Shown piece after piece: positions 9,849 through 19,824 of a stretch of 64,000 bases of DNA. The stretch's first letter is position 1. Each line of letters starts with the position of its first letter. Under the pieces are notes generated by a model, which ran no database searches, was not told the origin of the DNA, and worked only from the letters and a program-made list of their open reading frames with translations. Position numbers and translations under genes: made by a program. This stretch comes from a virus. Its lineage: Duplodnaviria > Caudoviricetes. The stretch spans positions 138,881 through 202,880 of IMG/VR virus record IMGVR_UViG_3300009185_000001, one strand, 5' to 3'.

Positions 9849-10313
9849 TCAAGCATTTATATGCTTTTCAGTTAAAATTAAAAACTGATATCCTTTATTT
9901 TTAGCATATTGTTCTGCTGCTTTCCATTTGGCTTGATTTACAGCCCATTGTGTATTTTCATAAATCATTGTTTTAACTTTTTTATTCTTAGTAGCCTCTG
10001 GTTTCATGGTTTGCTTGTGAGGTTTTATTTCTATTAATAATTTTTTTATTTCACCAGATCTGTCTTTAAGAGCAGCAACAAGATCCACGAAGTATCTATG
10101 AAGTTTTCCATCTAAGGGAGATTGATATGGAACAACAACACTTTCCGATCCCCATGTAATAACATTTAAATTATTATCAAACCAACGAAAAACCTTTAAT
10201 TCTAAAGAAGAACGATATATACAAGGAAGAGAACCTTTATACTTTTCTGGATTTAATATACTATAAATTCCTTGTATATAGTTGGAATTTTTTTTACCAA
10301 TTTTAGGTTTCAT
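9849..10313 (-). CDS. gp4: Head completion protein, T4 gp4-like (TnsA-type nuclease fold)
   Basis: NPEKYKG...YRSSLE...WGSESVVVPY...HRYFVD...IEIKP...NQAKWKAA. Confidence 0.9.
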   Translation of the reverse strand: MKPKIGKKNSNYIQGIYSILNPEKYKGSLPCIYRSSLELKVFRWFDNNLNVITWGSESVVVPYQSPLDGKLHRYFVDLVAALKDRSGEIKKLLIEIKPHKQTMKPEATKNKKVKTMIYENTQWAVNQAKWKAAEQYAKNKGYQFLILTEKHINA

Positions 10314-10315
10314 TT

Positions 10316-11203
10316 TTAACCGACAAAGAAGCGGATAGGATCTCTGTCAATAGTATCTTTGGTTATTTCTTCTTCTAAAGCAGCCTTTTCCTGAGTTCCT
10401 TGTGACATCAAATCACTATAGTTTAATGTTTGTCCTCCGAATAAGTTGGTTCCAGCAAATTTTCCTCTTGTATGACCAACGGCTATTTTTGTTAAAGCCA
10501 AAGTATATCTATAAACCCACAGTTGACCTACCAAGTATTTTAAAGGCTTTAGTATTTTACAACCCAGTAATCCAAAGTATGGGGTGCTGCTTTGTTGGGA
10601 TGGTTCTGGAATAATTTTTAAAATTTGAGAATCAGGATCAAATCTAAGATAAGGCGTCAGTGCCAATAACTTATCTCTTGTATCTAACCATGTTTTAAGT
10701 GCTTGCCAAGTAACTAAATCATAACCAACATTTCCAAGCAATTGACCGAAGTATGCTTGTTGAGCAATTGTATTTTCAATAGTAAAAAGGGTATTAACTC
10801 CTGTATTATTTCCTTCTGCAAATGAGAATACGTCTACAACTCTTCTATAATCATCTAAGTCATAATCATAACAAGCACTTAACGAAGGATTGGATGTATT
10901 TGAATTATACATGTCTGGAGTAATGTTCATCAACTTTCCAATCTCAAGACCAACTCCAGATTTATATAGATCGGATCTAAAAATTAAATATTCTTCTTCC
11001 AAACCTGCAAATTTCGTGAAATATTCGATTGCAATATCAATCATTTCATAGATTTGCTCACTACTAATTTCTATTTGAATTAAAGGTTCGCCCAAGCTTC
11101 TACGAACTCTTTGTGCCAAAAGATCATAGCTTTTAATTTGAGTATTAAAAGTTGTACCGCCATGAAAAGAATTAGGTAAAACTGGTTGTGATGGATAAGG
11201 CAT
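10316..11203 (-). CDS. gp13: Neck protein, gp13-like
   Basis: RSLGEPLIQIEIS.EQI; C-terminal KFAGTNLFGGQTLN. Confidence 0.8.
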   Translation of the reverse strand: MPYPSQPVLPNSFHGGTTFNTQIKSYDLLAQRVRRSLGEPLIQIEISSEQIYEMIDIAIEYFTKFAGLEEEYLIFRSDLYKSGVGLEIGKLMNITPDMYNSNTSNPSLSACYDYDLDDYRRVVDVFSFAEGNNTGVNTLFTIENTIAQQAYFGQLLGNVGYDLVTWQALKTWLDTRDKLLALTPYLRFDPDSQILKIIPEPSQQSSTPYFGLLGCKILKPLKYLVGQLWVYRYTLALTKIAVGHTRGKFAGTNLFGGQTLNYSDLMSQGTQEKAALEEEITKDTIDRDPIRFFVG

Positions 11204-11217
11204 ATATAATATACTTA

Positions 11218-11985
11218 TTACAATGCTGTCGTAATTAACTGTCCTGAATTATCTACGGTAATTCTCCATCTATTGTTATTCGGTGATCTTAATATCACGC
11301 CTTTGTTAAAGTCCGTTACTTCTATGTCTTCTGTTATACTAGCATTACCCACAACATTTAAAGCTTCTGTAGGACTGTCTGTATTGATTCCAACCTTGTT
11401 TGATCCTACATATAAAGAAATTGTTTCTTGATTGTTATTAATTTCTAAATTATTGGTTACATATAAACTTCCCGTAGAACTTAAATTATTTACATATGTA
11501 AAATTTTCCGCATGACTTGTTAGATTAGAACCTAAAGTAAAAACATTTTCGTGTTGAATTAAATTATTTGTACCCGCAGCATTAAAAGAATTGTTAGAAT
11601 CTAATAAAATTTTATTATTATATCCTGCACCTATAAATGAAAAATTACTTTGAATTTCATTCTCTTCTCCATTTGTTATTGTAGATGCCGCACCGGAAAC
11701 TTTATTATTTATGCCATTAAAAACTGATGAAAATATTTCATCAGCTATATTATTTCCATATTGAAATGAATATGAACTTAGATTCTGATTAAATGTAAAT
11801 AAATTATGCTCAGAATTTAAAAAAGAAATTAGAGACTCGTTTTCATCATTAATTTTTTTAAAAAATATCTTACCATCAGCAAGATTCAGTGCCAATTCAC
11901 CCAATTCTAATGCAGATAAATCAGGTGTTCTATTGGAAATTGTTGATCTTTTAAATTTTATGATACTTTCGCCTAGAGATGGCAT
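11218..11985 (-). CDS. Fibre-type protein with Mtd_N-like N-terminal domain
   Basis: IIKFKRSTISNRTPDLSALELGELALNLADGKIFFK; VGINTDSPTEALNVVGN fibre repeat. Confidence 0.55.
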   Translation of the reverse strand: MPSLGESIIKFKRSTISNRTPDLSALELGELALNLADGKIFFKKINDENESLISFLNSEHNLFTFNQNLSSYSFQYGNNIADEIFSSVFNGINNKVSGAASTITNGEENEIQSNFSFIGAGYNNKILLDSNNSFNAAGTNNLIQHENVFTLGSNLTSHAENFTYVNNLSSTGSLYVTNNLEINNNQETISLYVGSNKVGINTDSPTEALNVVGNASITEDIEVTDFNKGVILRSPNNNRWRITVDNSGQLITTAL

Positions 11986-12269
11986 AATATATCACATATT
12001 TAGTAAAAAAATTGATTTTTTCAATGCTAAAATTCTTCTGCGGCTGAAAGACTTGGAATATTTGATCCGATATATAGAGTTTTATTGGTTTCGTTAAATG
12101 CCAATTCACCTTTATTAAGCATTGGTGGTGGTCCTGCTTCTCCACTAACTCTTCTTTTAATTAAAATTGTGCTGTATATTCTTTGTTCTTCCATGACTAT
12201 ACTTATACAAAAAAATAAGGAGTATGCGATTAAACATACTCCTTATTTTATATATTTTTTTAAAAAAAA

Positions 12270-12365
12270 TTATTTCTTTTTGTTCGCCCCTTTTTTGGAA
12301 GATTTAGAACCTTCTTTTTTTGGCTTTTTAACTTCTTTTTTGTGAGCGTTATTTCCTTTGGCCAT
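12270..12365 (-). CDS. 31-aa Lys-rich peptide (not in ORF track)
   Basis: MAKGNNAHKKEVKKPKKEGSKSSKKGANKKK*; fills the gap after a terminator-like hairpin. Confidence 0.5.
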   Translation of the reverse strand: MAKGNNAHKKEVKKPKKEGSKSSKKGANKKK

Positions 12366-12385
12366 GATTTTTTCTTTCTATTTTT

Positions 12386-12419
12386 AAAATCCCTGCACTG
12401 GGTTAGGACCAATGCAGGG
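12386..12419 (-). terminator. Intrinsic terminator, near copy of 13159-13193
   Basis: CCCTGCA/TGCAGGG stem with AAAA on the + strand 5' side (U-tract on minus strand). Confidence 0.6.
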
Positions 12420-12438
12420 TCTTATTTAATCGTTTATA

Positions 12439-13116
12439 TTATCCAACAAATTTAACTTTGCCGTAGAATTTAGCTTTACCTTGGATCTTGGTAAGTGTGT
12501 TTAAAGTAGGTGTTGTACCTAATTCCAGCCCAGTTCCATTGTTGTAGAGTTCGGCGACTTCTGCATCGCTCAATGCTCTGTTCCAGATACCAACTGCGTC
12601 GATTTGACCGTTGAAGTAATTAATATTGCTTCCGCTACCAATAAAAAATTGGTCAACAGTTGCTAAAGTAGATTGAGAAGTTTGAATCAAAGAACCATTA
12701 ATATAAAGGCTCATGTTTGCACCTTCAGTTTTAAAGCAAACGTGATACCAATTATTTGTAGAAACAACCCCTTCGTTGCTTGACATTTGTGGGTAAGTGT
12801 AGTCATTCAACCAAACTTGTCCGTTAGGTTGAATTGCTAAATTTACAGTAGGTGTTGGATAGTTACGAATTCCGAAGAGAGTAGATTCTCCGTCTATAGA
12901 ATTTGAATTAAACCAGAGCGAAACTGTAGCGGAATTAGAAAAAGGAATTTGGAAATTCCCATCCATTTCATTTGTTCCATCAAACACAGCAGCATTTCCA
13001 ATTTTGCCAGAAGCAAAAGAGACATTGCCGTTGTTGGTGAGGGTGCGGTTGTTGCCGGAGGAGTCGTTTGTATTGTCTAGCTTATAAAAAGCCAATAAGT
13101 TGTTTGTAAGTGCCAT
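12439..13116 (-). CDS. LamG/concanavalin-A-like domain protein
   Basis: LLAFYKLDN, GKIGNAAVFDG, TVSLWF, WYHV, FNGQIDAVGIWNRALSDAEV. Confidence 0.85.
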   Translation of the reverse strand: MALTNNLLAFYKLDNTNDSSGNNRTLTNNGNVSFASGKIGNAAVFDGTNEMDGNFQIPFSNSATVSLWFNSNSIDGESTLFGIRNYPTPTVNLAIQPNGQVWLNDYTYPQMSSNEGVVSTNNWYHVCFKTEGANMSLYINGSLIQTSQSTLATVDQFFIGSGSNINYFNGQIDAVGIWNRALSDAEVAELYNNGTGLELGTTPTLNTLTKIQGKAKFYGKVKFVG

Positions 13117-13158
13117 AATATTTTGTTTTTTTCTATTTGTTTTTTAATTGTTTTTTTT

Positions 13159-13193
13159 AAAACCCCTGCACTGGGTTAGAACCAATGCAGGGG
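13159..13193 (-). terminator. Intrinsic terminator
   Basis: CCCCTGCA/TGCAGGGG stem with A-run on the + strand. Confidence 0.6.
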
Positions 13194-13218
13194 CTTAAGT
13201 TTGATTTATTCTAATTTT

Positions 13219-15654
13219 TTAGAATGATCCACCGTCAAGAACAGAAATCATGTAATCTACATAATTTTTTGTTGTTGCGTCAGTACCTTCTACTGGTTCA
13301 CCTACGGATTTCAATGTGCGATTTCCGATAGCAAGTTTGCCTGTCTCACCCCAACTTAAAACTAAACCTTCGCCGTTAGTTCTATATATTGCACTTTCTT
13401 CAAGACTGAGCGTATTAGCCCAAGCATTTGATGAAATCATACCAGATGAAACTGTAATATCTTCTCCGTTGTTATTTACTTCAAGTCTTGATCCTGAAAT
13501 TTTAATATTTCCAACTACTTCGAGTGCTTCGGTAGGAGCTTCGGTATTAATACCTACAACACCATCACCAACAAACAATGAGGTTGATGCACCGCCACCA
13601 GAGATTTCTAAACCACCAGTAGCAGAGATAGTACCTTCAACTGTAACGTCACCAACAACTGTACCACCAGTGCGTTTGTCGAGGTAGTTACCTTCGATGT
13701 CGCTAACGCGAGTATCAAGAGCACCTTCGGCAGCTGTTGCGCGACTTGCTTCAGACGCAAGATCAACAGTAAGAACGCCTTCAGCAGCTGTTGCGCGACT
13801 TACTTCAGATGCAAGATCAGCAGTAAGAACGCCTTCAGCGGCAGTAGCGCGAGCAACTTCGTCAGCTAATGCAGAAGAAGCGGCATTTGCTAATGAGGTA
13901 ATAGCACCATTAATATCATTATCAGCATTTTGGAAAGCTGAAACGATTTCTGTTAAGGAATCAAGCGCAGCAGGGTCAACATTACTGAGAACGTTGTCAA
14001 TTTGTGATTGAAGACCACTAACTTGTGAATCAACTGATGATGACAAGCTTGCGATTGTTGTATTAAGAGTACCAACTTCTGAGGTGATTCTTGAATCAAG
14101 AATACCATCAGCTTCAATTAAAGCATCTATGTTGCCGTTTACATATGCTGTAATATCAGCTGAAACGGAAGCAACGGTTGAGTTTAATGTAGCAACTTCT
14201 GAAGCAATTGAGCTTTCGAGAGCAGCAACTTCTGAATCAATTTTAGAATCAAGAGTAGCTGAAACGGAAGCAACAGTTGAGTTCAATGTTGAAACTTCTG
14301 ATGCAATTGCTGTCTCAAGGTCTGAAACTTCTGAAGCAATTGATGCTTCAAGAGTAGCAACTTCTGAGTCGATTTTAGAATCAAGTGTTGAAGAAACAGA
14401 TTGAACAGTTGTATTCAATGTTGAAACTTCTGATGCAATTGAGCTTTCAAGTGTTGAAACCTCTGAGTTAATTTTAGAATCAAGAGCGGCTGAAACAGAA
14501 GCTAATTGTGTTGAAGCACTGTTTGCAAGGCTTGTGATTGTATTATTGAGATCACCATCAGCAGCTTGGAAAGCACTTACAATTTCAGTAAGCGAGTCAA
14601 GGGCAGCAGGATCGACATTACTAAGAACATTGTCAACACGGGTGTTAACAGCGGCTAAGTCTGAAGCAAGAATTGAAGAAACAGATTGAACAGTTGTATT
14701 CAATGTTGAAACTTCTGAAGCAATTGCGCTTTCAAGATCAGCAACTTCTGAGTCAATTTTAGAATCAAGAGTAGCAGAAGCAGATGCCATTGCTGTGCTT
14801 AAAGCACCTTCAGCGGCAGTTGCACGGCTAACTTCAGCAGCTAGATCAGAAGTAAGAACTCCTTCAGCAGCAGTAGCACGACTAACTTCAGCAGCTAAGT
14901 CTGAAGAAAGAGCGGCTGAAACTGAAGCAACTGTTGAATTTAAAGTTGAAACTTCTGAAGCAATTGCGCTTTCAAGACCAGCAACTTCTGAGTCAATTTT
15001 TGAATCAAGAGTTGAAGAAACTGAAGCAACAGTTGTGTTTAAAGTTGAAACAGAGCTATCAATTTTTGAATCAAGAGCGGCTTCAACGGCCATAGCACGG
15101 CTAACCTCATCAGAGAGGGCTTGTGCAGAATCTGCTTCGAAGGCGTCTAACTCTGATTGCAAAGAACCAGAAATTGATGACATTGTTGAGTTAACATTGT
15201 TAAGAGTATTAACAAGGTTTGATGCAAAGTTTTCGTCATCACCTAAAGCAGCAGCCAACTCGTTAAGAGTATTGAGTGCTTCTGGAGCCATGTCGATGAC
15301 AGCAGCGATTTGTGAATCGATTTTGGCATCAAGAGTGCTTGAGACTGAAGCAACAGTGCTATTTAAAGCAGCAACTTCACTATCAACTTTAGCGTCTAAA
15401 GTTCCGATTTGTGAACTAAGGTCAGATGAGATAGAACCAACAAGAGTGTTAGTAGCAAATTCACCAGTACCCCCGATAGGTATTACACCATTTTCTGAAC
15501 CATAGTATAATACTGAGTTTACTTCGTTGAATGCCAATTCACCACCAGAAAGAGATGCAGGAGCACCCGCTTCACCAGTAGTACGGCGTTTAATAAGGAT
15601 TGTGTTAATGTTTGACATATTTTTTTTTTTGTATAAAAGACCGCAAAGCGGCAT
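13219..15654 (-). CDS. Long coiled-coil fibre protein with Mtd_N-like head and internal repeats
   Basis: ILIKRRTTG..GAPASLSGGELAFNE; repeated DSKIDSEV..LE..IASEVSTLN and EVSRATAAEG units; ends LDGGSF. Confidence 0.7.
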   Translation of the reverse strand: MPLCGLLYKKKNMSNINTILIKRRTTGEAGAPASLSGGELAFNEVNSVLYYGSENGVIPIGGTGEFATNTLVGSISSDLSSQIGTLDAKVDSEVAALNSTVASVSSTLDAKIDSQIAAVIDMAPEALNTLNELAAALGDDENFASNLVNTLNNVNSTMSSISGSLQSELDAFEADSAQALSDEVSRAMAVEAALDSKIDSSVSTLNTTVASVSSTLDSKIDSEVAGLESAIASEVSTLNSTVASVSAALSSDLAAEVSRATAAEGVLTSDLAAEVSRATAAEGALSTAMASASATLDSKIDSEVADLESAIASEVSTLNTTVQSVSSILASDLAAVNTRVDNVLSNVDPAALDSLTEIVSAFQAADGDLNNTITSLANSASTQLASVSAALDSKINSEVSTLESSIASEVSTLNTTVQSVSSTLDSKIDSEVATLEASIASEVSDLETAIASEVSTLNSTVASVSATLDSKIDSEVAALESSIASEVATLNSTVASVSADITAYVNGNIDALIEADGILDSRITSEVGTLNTTIASLSSSVDSQVSGLQSQIDNVLSNVDPAALDSLTEIVSAFQNADNDINGAITSLANAASSALADEVARATAAEGVLTADLASEVSRATAAEGVLTVDLASEASRATAAEGALDTRVSDIEGNYLDKRTGGTVVGDVTVEGTISATGGLEISGGGASTSLFVGDGVVGINTEAPTEALEVVGNIKISGSRLEVNNNGEDITVSSGMISSNAWANTLSLEESAIYRTNGEGLVLSWGETGKLAIGNRTLKSVGEPVEGTDATTKNYVDYMISVLDGGSF

Positions 15655-15696
15655 TAATACTTATCCTAATCGATATGCCAATATTTTATTTTTTTT

Positions 15697-16026
15697 TTAA
15701 AAAGTTCCACCATCAACAATCGGAGTCATATTTTCATATGCTTTTTCCCAATTTGCTGAAAGTCTATCCTGTACGGTATTAACCTCATGAAACGTTTCTT
15801 GCCAATTTGCAGTCAATAATCCAACATGACTTAACATTTCTTTGTGTTCTGGATTTAAATACATCGCAGAATTTGATATAATATTAGTAGAAGCAACATC
15901 AAATTTTTCGTAATTATTTTGAATAGAATTTAATAATTTATAATAATGTAAAATATTAGGACTGCTATTGTCTATTATAACAGTAACATTATTTGATGTT
16001 TGTTCTATTGTTAATTTTTCACTCAT
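15697..16026 (-). CDS. Hypothetical virion-associated protein
   Basis: Likely start MSEKLTIEQ overlapping the upstream stop; ends VDGGTF like the neighbouring fibre. Confidence 0.5.
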   Translation of the reverse strand: MSEKLTIEQTSNNVTVIIDNSSPNILHYYKLLNSIQNNYEKFDVASTNIISNSAMYLNPEHKEMLSHVGLLTANWQETFHEVNTVQDRLSANWEKAYENMTPIVDGGTF

Positions 16027-16376
16027 CTTGTAGTTGTTGCAAGAATTTCCCATTCTCCCTTTAGATATGTTTTTATATATGCATTTGGTAAAATCGGAAA
16101 TGTAACTTGTAAATCATAATTATATCTTCCGACAGGTATATCTACTGTTCTTGGAGGTATAGATATAATTCCACTTAAAGGTTCTATAATTACTATAGTA
16201 TCATCTATAGTTGAAAATTCTATAAATGCAGGAGAAGCAACACTATTTACAGATCGAACCTGAAGAGCTATATTACAATCTGTTAAATCTATGGGCAATC
16301 CTTGAGATAAAATAGTTATTGAAGAAACACCGTCCCAAGTGTCTCCGCTTATATGAGATGGAAAATCGTATGTCAT
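16023..16376 (-). CDS. Hypothetical Ig-like/BppU-N-like protein
   Basis: GDTW..., PIDLT, YNYDLQV, TYLKGEW pattern. Confidence 0.45.
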   Translation of the reverse strand: MTYDFPSHISGDTWDGVSSITILSQGLPIDLTDCNIALQVRSVNSVASPAFIEFSTIDDTIVIIEPLSGIISIPPRTVDIPVGRYNYDLQVTFPILPNAYIKTYLKGEWEILATTTR

Positions 16377-16382
16377 AATTTA

Positions 16383-18266
16383 TTATGCAGGTGTAGGAGC
16401 TTCTGTTGGAGCAGCACTAGCAGCAGGAGCAGGAGCAGGAGCAGCACCTGCTTCTCCAGCGGCAGCTTCAGGAGTAGCTTCTGGACCACCTCCACCACCG
16501 CCTCCACCACCAAATTCAGGAATAGAAGAGGATGATACACCACCACCACCTCCAAATCCTCCACCACCGCCTCCTTCAACTCCGCTAGCGGCATTTTCAG
16601 CAGCTTCGATATGTTCTCTCCAATTTGGACCATTACCTTCGATTTGAGAAAGTTCCCATTTAAGAGCAGCTTCCTTTTTCTTCCATTCCATATTTTCTCC
16701 AATTTTTTCATCGGAAAATCCAAGATAATGTCTTTGAGCAAAAATATTTGAAATTCCCTCATTTTGACTCATATCAGAGAAATTTTTTAATTTCAATTCA
16801 AGAAGTTGTTGCTGTCTGATTGCAAAAAAGTTTGAAGGAGGAGTAAAACTTAAACTAAACTGAGATTCGTGCAATTTGTATTCTTTCCACCATCCCCTGA
16901 GTTTTAAATGAGTTATAAAAGCATCTTTAAGACCCGCTGAAATTTGATTTTGCAGTCTAACTATCATTTTTGCAAATTTTAATTCCTCTTTTAATATTTC
17001 AGATCCATCTCTAAATGGTTCATTTGGATTTAAACGAGATACAGGAACACCAAGGCTCTTATATAATTTGTTAACAAAGTACATAAGATCATCGAGTTGG
17101 CCTAAATTTGCACCACCCTGCATTAATTCAACATCGGAACCAACTTCTCCGTTTCTTTTTGCAAACCAATAGGCATCTAGCATGGATTGTGGATTGTAGA
17201 TATTTCCAGCACCGGGTGAGCTAGTATTGGAGTTATACGTCTGTTTGCTCCAATGTTGTTGCATCAATTGTTTTAAATATCCTTCTGCTTTTGCAGGAGG
17301 CATATTACCCACGTCAATCTTAAATTTAAGACGTTCGGGTGCTCTTACCATTCGATAAATAATAATAGAATCTTCTAGAAGAGAAAGTTGTTTATACGAT
17401 CTTCGACAATTTTCTATATATGGAATACGAATAGACTGGTCTTCATTCCATGATCCTGAATGAATATAGGTAATCTGATTTCCCTGTAGTGTGACTATTT
17501 GTTGTTGTAAAGCATTTATGGAACTAGTATTGCTTTGAATTTGAGAAAGTGGAGCAGATGGATCATTGGTTAGACTAATTGGTTTTTGGAAAACAAAGTT
17601 TTCTATGACATTATTTTGAATATTGTCATAGATGGGATTTATCAACTCTCCGGGAATACTAAGAACCCCAATAATTCCCTTGTCTCTATTTTCTTCGTGA
17701 ATTACATTTTCAAAGAACAATTCACCTTCGACTAACAATCTGCGAGCATACATCCATCCCTTATGCTCCAAGTCATAAATATTAATAAATTTTGTAAATT
17801 CTTTTAATAATTCATTCTTTTCTTCTTGTCCTAAGTTCGAGTATGAAGAAAAGTCTAAATGAGTTATTTTTCCATTTTCATCCTTTACAATAACTTCATC
17901 ACAGATTTCATTCAAAGCATCGGAGATTTCAGCATATGCCGCCATTCTACGATATTCTGCCAATCTACGAATTTTATCAGCATCAACATTTGCATAGATG
18001 TATTTGTGATAAGCATGATCAGAAACAAATGAACCGGGATTGTAGTAGTCTCCAAATTCATTACGCATAAACGGTCCAGTAAGAACCGATTGTTGCATTA
18101 TTTTTAATTCTTGTCTCTTTGACAAACGATCAAATAATTGATATTTAGGATTTCCAACATCAGCAGTAACAGCAGTAGCTACATATGGTAGTCTCTGCAA
18201 TAATTGAGAAACAAAATTTCTACTGGTGTCTGGTATTCTATTAGAATTTGATGTGATATCTGCCAT
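16383..18266 (-). CDS. gp20: Portal protein, T4 gp20-like
   Basis: IRRLAEYRRMA, EDSIIIYRMVRAPERLKFKIDVGNMP, SMLDAYWFAKR, LYKSLGVPVSRL; Gly/Ala/Pro-rich tail. Confidence 0.95.
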   Translation of the reverse strand: MADITSNSNRIPDTSRNFVSQLLQRLPYVATAVTADVGNPKYQLFDRLSKRQELKIMQQSVLTGPFMRNEFGDYYNPGSFVSDHAYHKYIYANVDADKIRRLAEYRRMAAYAEISDALNEICDEVIVKDENGKITHLDFSSYSNLGQEEKNELLKEFTKFINIYDLEHKGWMYARRLLVEGELFFENVIHEENRDKGIIGVLSIPGELINPIYDNIQNNVIENFVFQKPISLTNDPSAPLSQIQSNTSSINALQQQIVTLQGNQITYIHSGSWNEDQSIRIPYIENCRRSYKQLSLLEDSIIIYRMVRAPERLKFKIDVGNMPPAKAEGYLKQLMQQHWSKQTYNSNTSSPGAGNIYNPQSMLDAYWFAKRNGEVGSDVELMQGGANLGQLDDLMYFVNKLYKSLGVPVSRLNPNEPFRDGSEILKEELKFAKMIVRLQNQISAGLKDAFITHLKLRGWWKEYKLHESQFSLSFTPPSNFFAIRQQQLLELKLKNFSDMSQNEGISNIFAQRHYLGFSDEKIGENMEWKKKEAALKWELSQIEGNGPNWREHIEAAENAASGVEGGGGGGFGGGGGVSSSSIPEFGGGGGGGGGPEATPEAAAGEAGAAPAPAPAASAAPTEAPTPA

Positions 18267-18315
18267 AATAACGTATTATATTCTATTTATAGTAAAAAGT
18301 CTAGTAATCAAATTA

Positions 18316-19113
18316 TTAAACACCATCATATCCCAAAAATTCGCTCAATTCTGTTAGAATATAATAATAGTCTTCGGTTATGATACCATTTAATAATTGT
18401 GTAGGAAGATCTTTTAAAGAAATTATTTCACAATTTTCAGCATCAATTATAGCATATGGTAAAAATCCATCAACTTGGTTTATATACGGTTCATCAGTAT
18501 TAAAAACATTAACACTTATAATTCCTAATGTATTTGTTTCGTTTCTTACTATAAATGAAACATTAAATGTTTTTGTATCTGGATTATATGTTATTTTAGG
18601 ATTTTCTATTGTTAATACTTCTGGATTCCAATTTTCAGATGAAAGAAATTTTATTATAACATTATCAATCAATAATGTTTTTATCAATCCTGTAGAACAA
18701 TCAAAAACTTTAAATAGAAAAACAAAACTAAATGAATTTAAAGGAATTGTAGGATCAAGGAAATAATATAAATCAGTAAAAAATACTTTATTTTTCTTTT
18801 CATCAAACCAATAATCAACAGTTGTTGTTTTTCTTATATTGAAAAGATTTATTTGATTAAATGGTTTTATCGTATCATTGTTTATATAAAATTTTTCAAA
18901 AATACAACCATTTAAGGTTTCAACAAAAATTGTATCATAAAATACGTCAAACCTATTTATTTTATTTGCTGTTAATTCATTAAAAAATGAAGAATTTATT
19001 TCTTGATATTTAAAATATATAGAAGATAAAACATTATAAGAAGGCTCTACGCTGTTTTTTAAATCTCTAAGCCAAAGCTCGCCTGAAGTTTGTTTGTTAT
19101 AATATATACTCAT
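18316..19113 (-). CDS. Hypothetical protein
   Basis: 265-aa ORF in the structural operon. Confidence 0.6.
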   Translation of the reverse strand: MSIYYNKQTSGELWLRDLKNSVEPSYNVLSSIYFKYQEINSSFFNELTANKINRFDVFYDTIFVETLNGCIFEKFYINNDTIKPFNQINLFNIRKTTTVDYWFDEKKNKVFFTDLYYFLDPTIPLNSFSFVFLFKVFDCSTGLIKTLLIDNVIIKFLSSENWNPEVLTIENPKITYNPDTKTFNVSFIVRNETNTLGIISVNVFNTDEPYINQVDGFLPYAIIDAENCEIISLKDLPTQLLNGIITEDYYYILTELSEFLGYDGV

Positions 19114-19787
19114 TGGTACTCTCCTTCATATACAGTCATATCAGGACTTCCATCGTCAGGATTTGGACTAGCAGCAACTGGATTAATAAGGATAATATCC
19201 GTTCCGGTTTCTGCACTATTTACTAATTCATTTTCAAAAGGAGCAAGTAGTTTATAAGGACGATAATGATCTTTTATAGGAACAAACATAATTGGTTCTG
19301 GAGGTCTTGGTTTCCAGTTTACAGAAACGGGTATAAGATAATTCGGAGTTATACTTTCAAAAATATATAAAATATCATTATTAGGACCAAACATTCTAGA
19401 TCCGACCAAATGAAGTTCGCTAAAATAGTTAGAACACAATGTTTGAGATAACGTATCAATTCCTTCTAATTTTGGAACACTCAAATCTAGAGAAAAACTA
19501 TAAGAATCATATGAAGAAGTTCCTAATTTATATATGTATGTTTTTACATTAAATGCTTTAGTAAATTCTCCCGTAAGATAATAAACATTTGTGCTAATAT
19601 TTTTTAGAGGATTATTATCGGGTGATAATAAATCATGTATAATATTACCATCACCAAAATCATAGGTTATTTTATAAACCTTTGAACTTACTGAAATGCC
19701 AGAAGGAATCAGCGTTAATGTATATGGAGACGTTCCTGTAATTAAAGGACTAAAACTATTAAGATATACCTTCTGACTATTATTCAT
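19110..19787 (-). CDS. Hypothetical protein with PKD-like segment
   Basis: KITYDFGDG motif; overlaps the downstream start by 4 nt. Confidence 0.55.
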   Translation of the reverse strand: MNNSQKVYLNSFSPLITGTSPYTLTLIPSGISVSSKVYKITYDFGDGNIIHDLLSPDNNPLKNISTNVYYLTGEFTKAFNVKTYIYKLGTSSYDSYSFSLDLSVPKLEGIDTLSQTLCSNYFSELHLVGSRMFGPNNDILYIFESITPNYLIPVSVNWKPRPPEPIMFVPIKDHYRPYKLLAPFENELVNSAETGTDIILINPVAASPNPDDGSPDMTVYEGEYQ

Positions 19788-19824
19788 TAATAATATTTAA
19801 TGAAAAGTGTTAAAATTCCAACTA

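Noticed and set aside
13316-15505. Long + strand ORFs (123, 104, 106, 236 aa)
   Set aside because: These are antisense shadows of the repetitive coiled-coil fibre gene.
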